Origin: Nitrosopumilaceae archaeon
Lineage (GTDB): Archaea > Thermoproteota > Nitrososphaeria > Nitrososphaerales > Nitrosopumilaceae
Length of the DNA: 64,000 nt
NCBI GenBank assembly: GCA_965200155.1
Contig: CBDATR010000024.1
Location: 352,001 to 416,000 of the forward strand
Reading direction: 5' to 3'
A model generated the notes under the pieces. It made no database searches, was not told the DNA's origin, and saw only the letters and a list, made by a program, of their open reading frames with translations. The position numbers and the translations under genes are program-made. Shown here piece after piece: positions 19,267-27,995 of this stretch; the stretch's first letter is position 1, and each line of letters begins with the position of its first letter.

Positions 19267-21498
19267 TTACTGGAGTGTCGTGAATGTCTTGATATTTGAG
19301 AACATAGTAGTGTCGCCCTTGAGCCGGACTAGTACCTGGTATGAGGTATCTGAATCCAAGCCTGTTATAGTATACGTGGTACCTGAGACATGATGTGCAG
19401 AGTGACGACTGCCATCATTGTTATTGATACGCACTACATAATCTGTCATGGAATGGTACTGATTCCAAGATAGAGTGGCGCCATTAGTGGTTGGGTTCAC
19501 ATTCAGTACTATGGAGTCTTCGACTCCCGTCAAGCCGCCATTCGCTGAGAGTGTAGTGAATGTCTTGGTATTTGAGAACATAGTAGTGTCGCCCTTGAGC
19601 CGGACTAGTACCTGGTATGAGGTATCTGAATCCAAGCCTGTTATAGTATGAGTGGTTCCGGCAACATGATTCACGAGTACTCTTGCGCCATTGGAATCAT
19701 TCACGCGAATCACATAGTCGTTTGTATCACCATATTTCTGCCAGGAAGCAGTAGCACCATCAGTTTTACTAGTCACTACAAGTCCCCACATATGTGTCGG
19801 GAATGAGGGAGTGAAATGTATCTTGTGTGACTTTGTATTTTCATTACCATTTAGCTGGACCTCAACTCTATACGTGGTACCTGGTATCAAATCATGTATA
19901 GTATGTGAGATTCCATTTGCCACATGTCTGGTCGTATCGCCATCGTTCCCTGTTAGAAACACCACATAGCTATTACCATTCTCATACCGGTCCCAATGTA
20001 TTGTGATACTACTCTCATCTAAATAGCAGTAGCCAACACGTGACACTTTGTCTATACTACGTATTGGTTTAGTATTCCAAGTGGAGAATGTGATTGGGTC
20101 TGAATCCGTGGCCGGACCGGTAACCGGGTGAGATGGGGCCGATACCGTTACAGTATAAGATTGACATGGTTCAAGTCCATATAATCTATATTTAACAATG
20201 GAATCGGCCGGGGCGTGGTGTGTTGTATGACTCGTTACATGACCGGATGAATCCGTTACCTTCACAATATACTCAGACTGCCTGGATATTGCGGTCCACG
20301 TTAAATCTACATGAGTAGAGAATGTCTTGTGTACGGCAAGGTCTGCCAGTGGAAGATTAGTAGTAGAGAATGATTTTGTCGCGGAGCCTACCTCCATATA
20401 AGCACCAGTTCCATTATATAGGGCGCTGACCTTTAAGTTGTAGTTGGTGCCCGGTTGCAGGCTGTCAACGTCTAGATTAATGGTTGTATTGGCCTGATAA
20501 TAACCTGTATGGCCCTGTGTTATAATATCATCGGAGTCAGTCGTCACCCTATACCCAAAGAAACCCGGATGATTCGCCATCCACGAGAAGGATGCGGCAT
20601 GGTGCGATATAGCAGTGGTATCCAGGTCCTCTATCATAATGGAATGGTTCGTGTCCCTGGTTTCAAAGTTGAACGAGCCGACGCTCATTGCTTTGGTATT
20701 ATCAGCGTATACATTTACCATATAGGTTGTGCCTGGTTCTAGTCCGGATATGCGTGTCATGCCCTCACTAGCCATACCAGATGCTACTACCTCATCACTA
20801 GTAGATACCTCATAGTATGATGAGTCTACATTCCACGACATGAATATAGTGTCATGCCCTATTTCTGTAGAGGGGATGAATGGACTGGTGGTCACAATAT
20901 CTAAACTTAGAAGGATAGCATTATCAAGACCAAATACATAGCCGCCAGTATACCTTGTCTCCGGTTTCAGATCCGTAACAGTAATAGTCGATCCTGTCGT
21001 GTAGTATACAGTCTCCGGACCATCAAGAAAAACTCCAGTGGTAGATACTCGGTCCTCTGGCGCTAGTTCTACGGTGAGAGTAGTATCCGTTATTTCTATG
21101 ATACGGGGTACCTCTATGCTACTTTCAGTGACGTTCAGTATAAAGTCATCATTGGCACGATCATTAACATTGGTTTTGTCCCATATGGTAATGCGAAGTT
21201 GGTATAAGCCAAATTGAGTACGGTCGGGTACTGCAAAAAGTTCAAATAAACCATGCCGTGAAGGTTTAGTTCCAATAAAATCGGGCGCTTTGGTACCGTT
21301 CTGATATTTTACCTCATAGTAGGAGTCAGTTGCATTAATTATGTAAGACCCTATCGTGCCCGCTTCTAGTTCGACTTCACCTAGTGGAGCGGTGAACTCT
21401 GGTGCAGCGGCGTATGCGGACGTTGCAAATGTAGTTATGATGATGAGTAATAGGATTGATTGTACCCCCCCCGGGAACCATAATAATACTAACAACAT
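19267..21498 (-). CDS. Secreted fibronectin type III repeat protein with an N-terminal cadherin/Ig-like domain
   Basis: Signal peptide; repeated ITGLxPxTxYxVxV FN3 signatures (about seven modules); G8 tract at 21465-21472 in the signal region. Confidence 0.88.
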   Translation of the reverse strand: MLLVLLWFPGGVQSILLLIIITTFATSAYAAAPEFTAPLGEVELEAGTIGSYIINATDSYYEVKYQNGTKAPDFIGTKPSRHGLFELFAVPDRTQFGLYQLRITIWDKTNVNDRANDDFILNVTESSIEVPRIIEITDTTLTVELAPEDRVSTTGVFLDGPETVYYTTGSTITVTDLKPETRYTGGYVFGLDNAILLSLDIVTTSPFIPSTEIGHDTIFMSWNVDSSYYEVSTSDEVVASGMASEGMTRISGLEPGTTYMVNVYADNTKAMSVGSFNFETRDTNHSIMIEDLDTTAISHHAASFSWMANHPGFFGYRVTTDSDDIITQGHTGYYQANTTINLDVDSLQPGTNYNLKVSALYNGTGAYMEVGSATKSFSTTNLPLADLAVHKTFSTHVDLTWTAISRQSEYIVKVTDSSGHVTSHTTHHAPADSIVKYRLYGLEPCQSYTVTVSAPSHPVTGPATDSDPITFSTWNTKPIRSIDKVSRVGYCYLDESSITIHWDRYENGNSYVVFLTGNDGDTTRHVANGISHTIHDLIPGTTYRVEVQLNGNENTKSHKIHFTPSFPTHMWGLVVTSKTDGATASWQKYGDTNDYVIRVNDSNGARVLVNHVAGTTHTITGLDSDTSYQVLVRLKGDTTMFSNTKTFTTLSANGGLTGVEDSIVLNVNPTTNGATLSWNQYHSMTDYVVRINNNDGSRHSAHHVSGTTYTITGLDSDTSYQVLVRLKGDTTMFSNIKTFTTLQ

Positions 21499-21946
21499 AG
21501 AACAATAAAAGGATTACGTGGTTGTCAGTTATATGTCACCTTTTGGTGATCAGAGCAGGACGCAATTCTCTTTATAGGTATACCATACCCGGATATCGTA
21601 GAAATGGGACCCACACTCCGGGTAAGGACGGGGATAACAGGGTAATCAGTCCATATTCAATCCATGTATTGCACTTGAATCCATGTACCTACTTTACAGC
21701 GCCAATGACAGGTATGTGTTTAATTGGAATCTTTTCCGCACGTAACGCATCCCAAATCTTTGGCACGCCCACAGCTGGTTCTTCGCCGCACATTGAAGGG
21801 TCTCTGATTCTAGCCGGTATTAGTGTGGTTTCCAATTATTGCCGCGCTAGATTGGGATTGTGTGGGCAGGAGACCCCCCTCCTGCGCGCCATGAGTGGAG
21901 AGGCAGGAATCCCATGCGGGACATATGTCAAAGATGAGCAAACTAG

Positions 21947-21968
21947 GGGACTTTTATCTAAAAGTCCA
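21947..21968 (-). mobile_element. 22-bp hairpin micro-element with 5-bp target duplication
   Basis: actag-[gggacttttatctaaaagtcca]-actag; same length and ends as the insert at 36554-36575. Confidence 0.75.
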
Positions 21969-22192
21969 ACTAGAAGGTAGCGAAAGGATGTAACAGGCGA
22001 TGATTAGTGGAGATATTCATGAAACCGTATTCAAGTGAGTGGACGTGACAGTCATAATCATGTATTAACATCAAAGACACCGTTGCAAACCTTGCTCTAT
22101 TCCCATACTGTACCTGCAATGACTAGGCGACTGGTGGGAAAAATCATTCCTGGACGCTCAGGTTGGATTGACCCGCAACAGGAGTCCAAACA

Positions 22193-22786
22193 CTACTTGG
22201 TTATGCTTATCTGTCCGACTAACAGACTTTTAGATTTCAGTGTCCGCCGCAATAACCCATGGCAGGTATGAGTTCACCTGTGTCTAAATGGAACGGGTCA
22301 TTCTATAACTGATCGCGACAGTTAAAGAACCGGTTCTTTTGTGCACAAGATTCCGGAAGACGTGAACTCATACCATGGCAGTGGTCGCGGCTCCAAAGAG
22401 TATGTTTAGGACATTGGCATCCACGCCGGTGGACATCATTGTAAACATCAACATCATTAATCCACCCAGACCGGCAAATATCATCATGGTTAAAGGAAGC
22501 TGCTTTGGCGGAGGCCTTGTCTGCTTGCCAGTGGGCTTTTCCGGAATGACGCCATTCTTTACTGCCTCCAGGCATACGAACAGTACCGACCATGATTGTG
22601 TGATTTCAGGTAATAGTATTCCACGCCGCAGAATGAGCAGGGCTTAGTGGGTATTCCGTGATGATCAAACTCCCGGCCAAGATCCACCATGCAATTCTTG
22701 CAGTAGTGGCCGGGAATTCGCCACATGTTCTGGAACTTGTATTTCTTCCAGCTTAGCGTCTTGCCACAACCACTACAGTTAGTCAT
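22193..22786 (-). pseudogene. Zinc-finger membrane protein, frameshifted and MITE-interrupted
   Basis: CSGC/CKNC N-terminus; TM part (MMIFAGLGGLMML...ILFGAATTAM) in another frame; tail (LLRRTLKSKSLLVG) beyond the MITE at 22266. Confidence 0.65.
22266..22373 (+). mobile_element. MITE family 1, variant (108 bp)
   Basis: TIRs intact; 8-bp target duplication catggcag; two internal palindromic replacements. Confidence 0.95.
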
Positions 22787-22835
22787 GTCTTTCTCTCATC
22801 ATTACCTTCTTAATACCTGCTCTGGCCTCTATTAT

Positions 22836-23088
22836 GGAAATTATATACGAAAGTAGCACGGCAGTAGGACTTTCACTAGAATAATGATTCCAGTCCAGGA
22901 ATGGCGGCATAGTTACAATAAGTCGTATAACAAGTTCAGCCAGGGAACCGGTTCTATTCCATGGAATGATGAATCATTCTAGTTACGCGTAGCGCCATTC
23001 TTGGACTGGAACGGGTTACGTTCCATTCCACTTTCGTCCCTAGTTGGAGCGATACGCTTCTCCTGTCCTACGTTCGTATATAATTCCC
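22836..23088 (-). mobile_element. ~250-bp MITE, family 2 (right arm of composite transposon)
   Basis: Reverse complement of 18711-18959 with scattered substitutions. Confidence 0.9.
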
Positions 23089-23401
23089 AGTTTACCGTTA
23101 GCGCCTATAGATCCGGCTAGTTTGTCCCGCAGTATTTTGACTTTCGGATGTACCATCCGTCAGTTATTGAGCAAATTAGTATGTGCTTGCGGTTGAGCTG
23201 CTCCCTTAGTTGAGCTAAATATTCCTCACGCAATGCCAATTCTTTACGTTTCCTTGGCATTGGTTGACTCCAGCTCTTCCCCCTCTCAGACAACCGGCAG
23301 ATAATCAAATCTTTCTCTTCATTGATCTTGGTGTTTCTTTCGTATTCAGCCATGACCTTGGCTAACTTGTCCCGTAGAATCTCAACCTCGGGGTCTTCCA
23401 T
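23089..23401 (-). pseudogene. IS66-type transposase N-terminal coiled-coil fragments (two paralogous starts)
   Basis: MEDPEVEILRDKLA (ATG 23401) and MVHPKVKILRDKLAGSIGANGKL (ATG 23156); the latter runs in frame into IRIIKGKDM at 18702 once the composite is removed. Confidence 0.7.
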
Positions 23402-23479
23402 ATGTCGTGTATTGGACTAATCAGAATATATGGTTAAGTCATGGTGCGACCTAAACAGTTACGGACACACCGTTAGTCA

Positions 23480-24060
23480 GCGCGTTTCCGGGTGGCGGCT
23501 TATCTGTTGGTCCTGCCAGAGATGGCAACTGTTGCAATGGGTCCGGAACTTTCCAATTCCAGGGTGTGCTCCCTGTCCAGTTGTGGCTCTTCTGCATACG
23601 AGCCCAGTACTGCATTGTTTAACATGCACGTATCCCCAACCCACTCGCCGGTAATCGTAAATGCATATGCTCTCCCAGTCCGCGAGCACTGATGAATCCG
23701 CGCCTCTTTTTCCATTTGGCCCTTATCCACTCAGCACGATTCAAGGCCGGTCGAGTCAACAATCATGGTTCTAGTCAGCTTTTTGTCTGTGCCGACAATC
23801 ATGCCATTCCCCTTGTCGATGTCAAGATCTTTTCCGCGTCTGTATAGTGGAGTAGTACGGGGTTTGGTGCCCTTCCAGTAGTCCTGCAAGGAATCCGGAT
23901 ACCTACCTGTATCTCATACCTAATGCCGTTCTCAGTGTCATGTAATATGCCCACGGCATACTGGCAGGGAGCACCTCCTTGTTATGGTTGGCCTTTTCAA
24001 TCCCATGCATGATCAAGCCAAATAGCTTCCCGCTGGACGTACTTGACATTGTCGGTGAAT
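23480..24060 (-). pseudogene. IS5-family (IS903-like) transposase remnant
   Basis: PYYST/LYRR...MIVDSTGL...EWIRAKWKKRRGFI motifs with frameshifts; second copy at about 41692-42073; boundaries approximate. Confidence 0.7.
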
Positions 24061-24149
24061 ACCATCAAGTTTGTTTAAAAAATCTCAGATGTTAATGCTT
24101 GGATCCAAGTTAGTAATCACTGACAGAATAAACGAAAATACTCAAACCG

Positions 24150-25059
24150 TTTCCCACATACATTTTTGATCTAACTTGTTTGGAGTTATGCAACAAACTA
24201 TGTCGTAGTCGAGTGATTTGTTTCTCAATCTTTCGCTTTCTGCGCTTGCCCTTTCGCGTTCTAATACTCTGGAGTGCGCTAATCTCCCGCAATATGGAAC
24301 GATGTCTCATGTCATGATCATCGTTCTGCCATTCGTGTCAGCTGTTACAGCTAGATGTTTCCCGCCTACATCCATGCCACGAACAACGCCGGTCGGCAGG
24401 TGGTTTCTCCCGTATATTGATGTGAGTCGCGAATTGACGCTCTCTGCTCTTGTTAACTCGTTCCACTATCTTGAATGAGCGCATATCTTGGGAACGATCT
24501 ATTGGTTTGGTTGTTCTCACCACATCAATGCCCGACAGGCATAGTTCGCGAGAACCGCGCCTTATTGGCGGATTCACACAAGACAGTATTATTCTATTAT
24601 GGTCACGCCGGTGTGGTATATAATTAGAATGATCCTCGTACGCCCGCCTGCACGCGATAGACGCCTGTGGTATGGCACCCCGACCATAGTTGGATGGTAA
24701 CTCGCGCACCCACTCCAGATCACGGCGCCACTTTATCAATTCCAAGAACAAACCATTCTTGTTGGGCAGGTAAACCGTCCCCTGATAACCGTTCTAGAAC
24801 GCGGTAGCTGATTCACGTATAATGAATCACCCTTCTTTAGGCCGTATGGTGACTTGGCTGACTCGTTCTTATTCTTGACCTTGGCCGGATCATGCTTCAA
24901 TTCAAGAGTGGTTCCGGGTATGCAGTAGCCACCAAGACTGATCTCGGATACCGCTCTATTATAGACATAATCGGATGTGTGATCAAATATCTTGGCGCGC
25001 CGGGAGAACTCCTTATCATTCTTCAACGGTATAACGACGGTCCGAATTATGTCATCCAT
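24150..25059 (-). pseudogene. tnpB: TnpB (IS200/IS605/IS607) RNA-guided nuclease remnant, frameshifted and 3'-truncated
   Basis: N-terminal YVYNRAV helix, RuvC-I-like VRGMDVGGKHLAV, basic helix LQSIRTRKGKRRKRKIEKQITRL; lower boundary approximate. Confidence 0.75.
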
Positions 25060-25246
25060 TATCTGGTGATTCTACTCTAGTAGTGGTTCTATAAGAGTAC
25101 GGTCCTATACCCGGCAAAGACTTGTGGTGGGCGCTATACAATTTATGCGCATAGTCAATACCGGAACTCGTACTGTGAGTAGCCCTACAGAATACTGATT
25201 CGTGTGTTTTTAAAATAGTTAAATTCTATTCTGATACCACCGAATC

Positions 25247-25867
25247 ATGGAGAAGATATACCCTCTCGGATACAAACCGGCCAAGTCCGGAAGTGAGCCA
25301 GACACACGCAACAAGTTACTCGATGCCATACTGCAGGTGAAGACTGGCGAGCGTATAGACACAGAAATGTTCGCGGTCATGGCAAAACGCCGATCCACCA
25401 GAAGATTCAGGGACGATGTGGTAGAGCAGTCCAAGATAGACAAGATAATAGCGGCGGCAGATACTGCCCCAACCGCCGGAAACTTTCAGGGTTTTGAGAT
25501 ATATCACATCAAGGATGCAGAAAAGAAGCGGAACCTAATAGGCGCCTGTAATAATCAGGCATATGTGAATGCGCCTGCAGTATTAGCATTCTGCAAGAAC
25601 CCCGCAAGGGTCAAGTTCGATTTTCCAGAGGATATACTGGAAAAATTTGCCATACAGGATGCCACACTAGCCGCGGCATATTCGCAGTTAGCCGCCCATG
25701 CAGTCGGACTGAGTACAATATGGATAGGCATGTTTGATGAGCAGAAAGTAATGGATGTTATTGGTACCACCCTTGTTCCATCATCCATACTGTGCATAGG
25801 ATACGCTCAGAAGCAAAAGTACCCCAAGCGCCGCAGGCACCTGGAAGACGTGACACATATCGTGTGA
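25247..25867 (+). CDS. Nitroreductase family protein
   Basis: RRSTRRF, APTAGNFQ, GLSTIWIG motifs. Confidence 0.92.
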   Translation: MEKIYPLGYKPAKSGSEPDTRNKLLDAILQVKTGERIDTEMFAVMAKRRSTRRFRDDVVEQSKIDKIIAAADTAPTAGNFQGFEIYHIKDAEKKRNLIGACNNQAYVNAPAVLAFCKNPARVKFDFPEDILEKFAIQDATLAAAYSQLAAHAVGLSTIWIGMFDEQKVMDVIGTTLVPSSILCIGYAQKQKYPKRRRHLEDVTHIV

Positions 25868-25868
25868 G

Positions 25869-26972
25869 TCACCGACGAATCATTAACAACATGTCATCGC
25901 TGTCTGCCGGAAAGCCCTTGCCGTCTGTGTTGGAGGTTATCACGTATAGTGCCCCTGCATCATCCTGTGCTACATCCCGGATGCGGCCCACACCACTAAG
26001 TATGTTCTTCTGGGATGACAATCCCGTATCGACATCTATCTCAAGCAGGCTGGAGGTACGCAGTGATGCAATCACCGCATAACCGGGAGTGGCCACATCT
26101 CCGGACGGGAAGAGTATTCCCCCAGGCTCAATGGCTGGATCATAGCATATAACGGCATCAATATAGTCGCCACCTGCACACTCTACATCGGGCCAGCCGT
26201 AGTTGCCGCCAGGCACTATGCGGTTTATCTCATCGCTCTTTTCCGGGCCGGACTCTGCCACATACATCTCTCCCTGATCATTCCATGCAATCCCCCGGGG
26301 ACTGCGATGGCCCAAGGAATAGACCAGCGAGTCCTCAAAGGGGTTATCAACAGGTACGCTTCCGTCGGGCATCATGCGCAACACCTTGCCCGCCAATGAA
26401 CTCACATCCTGTGGCAGATGCGATGAGTCTGAGGGCGTCCCGGTCCCCACATACAGCATGCCATCAGGTCCAAAATGCATTACCCCCCCATTGGTAAACT
26501 GGGATCCTGGTATTCCGTCCAGTATTGTTGTCGCGTCCACAAGTTTGTTGTCCACGATTCTTACCTCCAATATTCGGTTGTACAGCATATCGTTATCGGA
26601 TACGTAAGATATGTAGACGTACACCAAACCGTTACTGTCATGGTCCGGGTGTATAGCCACACCACTAAGTCCCGCATCAAAGGCCTCGGCGGGCCTTAGT
26701 GTGGCAACGGGATCTTGTTGCAGTATGCCACCCTGTACAAGCCGGAGGCGCCCTTCCCGCTCTGTTATGAATATCATGTCCCCATGAACAGCAATGTGAC
26801 GGGGCTTGTCCAGGTTCTGTGCCAATATAGTCACAGAATCATCAGGTCCGCCGGTAGGGGGTGCGGGGACCTGTACCGGATCCGACGGAGATGTCAATAC
26901 CCATACCGAGAATGCCACCGCGGCCCCTATGGCCACAATGCGTATCTTTTTGTCCAAACTCATCGTAGACAT
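25869..26972 (-). CDS. PQQ-dependent glucose/sorbosone dehydrogenase family protein
   Basis: ITEREGRL, FGPDGMLYVGTG, SLAGKVLR, DEINRIVPGGNYGWP, GRIRDV; N-terminal anchor. Confidence 0.92.
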   Translation of the reverse strand: MSTMSLDKKIRIVAIGAAVAFSVWVLTSPSDPVQVPAPPTGGPDDSVTILAQNLDKPRHIAVHGDMIFITEREGRLRLVQGGILQQDPVATLRPAEAFDAGLSGVAIHPDHDSNGLVYVYISYVSDNDMLYNRILEVRIVDNKLVDATTILDGIPGSQFTNGGVMHFGPDGMLYVGTGTPSDSSHLPQDVSSLAGKVLRMMPDGSVPVDNPFEDSLVYSLGHRSPRGIAWNDQGEMYVAESGPEKSDEINRIVPGGNYGWPDVECAGGDYIDAVICYDPAIEPGGILFPSGDVATPGYAVIASLRTSSLLEIDVDTGLSSQKNILSGVGRIRDVAQDDAGALYVITSNTDGKGFPADSDDMLLMIRR

Positions 26973-27393
26973 GTCTTTACATTGGTATAATCTTAGTTAT
27001 CCAAAATCCAGTCCCTGTACTGAAAATAAGCATCCTTGAGATGGAGTTAACCCATACCGGATTCTCCTGCATAATCGCAATGAACCAAAAAAAAAGGCGG
27101 CATGATCAGGCGCGGATAGTTTGAGATTATCTCAGCATTGAAAGTGCGCATGGATACGACAGCTGCGGCAAGCATGAGCGTATCACATGGAATCTGTTTC
27201 CATATCTACCCGGAATGGCCATCATTCTTGCGTGCGTGACGCACAAGCAGGACAGGAATGGTACGGCACTGATTCCTTGTTAGTCGGCATCATAAAAGTG
27301 GGGCTGCATGCACCTACTGTTATTGTGAAGTCGGGAGTTGAATATACGTCCATTTCTGCAACAAACTTCAGACCGCGCATGTACGGCAGCATT

Positions 27394-27843
27394 TCAGCGC
27401 ATGAGCCAAGACCAGTATTTGGTAAAAATTGATCTCTCCTTGTGCAGGCTCACCTGAGCTTTGCAATCTTGATCCTTTAACCTACTCTCGAATATTGCCA
27501 GTGCAGCATCCTCATTATGTACACGACCATTTTTAGACTGCATATGTGTGAGCAACCCGTGTACGAACCACTCTTGAACGTATACGGTGTAGAACCACCA
27601 TCCCATGGCGAATTGAGCCTCGTCACTAAGTTTGTGGCCGGAACCGACAGCTGGTGAACCCTCCATACTAACAGATGCCAACACCGCAAGATCCGCCAGT
27701 ATTTTTCGTACAACAGGGGCATCAGAGTCCAGATTTCTGGAAGCGATTTTAAAAAATGGTATCCATTCATCGGTCAATGACAAGCATAGCGCCATCATGG
27801 ATTTAAGAGACACCCGCTTTTGCAACTCCTCAAGCCATCTCAA
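27394..27843 (-). CDS. Hypothetical protein, possibly a frameshifted pseudogene continuing to about 27222
   Basis: 149-aa ORF; another minus-strand frame stays open downstream (EMLPYMRGLKFVAEMD...). Confidence 0.4.
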   Translation of the reverse strand: MRWLEELQKRVSLKSMMALCLSLTDEWIPFFKIASRNLDSDAPVVRKILADLAVLASVSMEGSPAVGSGHKLSDEAQFAMGWWFYTVYVQEWFVHGLLTHMQSKNGRVHNEDAALAIFESRLKDQDCKAQVSLHKERSIFTKYWSWLMR

Positions 27844-27902
27844 GCAAGGTGTATCATAGCCTCATCAAAAAGGCAAATATAATGCACCCACACAGACATT
27901 TT

Positions 27903-27993
27903 AGCGGGGTGGGGAAGTCAGACCACTTGTGGACTAAGTCATCCCGGCGGGCTCATAACCCGCAAACCAGTAGTTCAAATCTACTCCCCGCTA
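27903..27993 (+). tRNA. tRNA-iMet (CAT) with apparent ~16-nt intron in the D-loop
   Basis: Acceptor stem AGCGGGG/CCCCGCT with A1-U72, anticodon arm gcggg-ctCATaa-cccgc with three G-C pairs, T-loop gttcaaat; 91 nt total. Confidence 0.9.
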
Positions 27994-27995
27994 CA

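Larger units (their letters stand above)
18711..23088. mobile_element. MITE-bounded composite transposon carrying an FN3 surface-protein gene
   Basis: Two inverted family-2 MITEs; 8-bp direct repeat agtttacc at 18703-18710 and 23089-23096; removal restores a continuous transposase frame. Confidence 0.85.
17703..23462 (-). mobile_element. Decayed IS66-family element interrupted by a composite transposon
   Basis: Inverted ends gtaatcgtttaggtcac (17703) and gcgacctaaacagttac (ending 23462), GTAA-type termini characteristic of IS66; internal transposase fragments; no flanking duplication seen. Confidence 0.75.

Noticed and set aside
21522-22271. ORFs 21522-21980 and 22035-22271 as genes
   Set aside because: No recognisable motifs; they cross micro-element and pseudogene debris.
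24110-25059. Active TnpB/Cas12-like system
   Set aside because: Multiple frameshifts and loss of the C-terminal RuvC and Zn-finger region.
27086-27095. Poly-A run as a phase-variation tract
   Set aside because: Not in a credible ORF; more likely a minus-strand oligo-T terminator.
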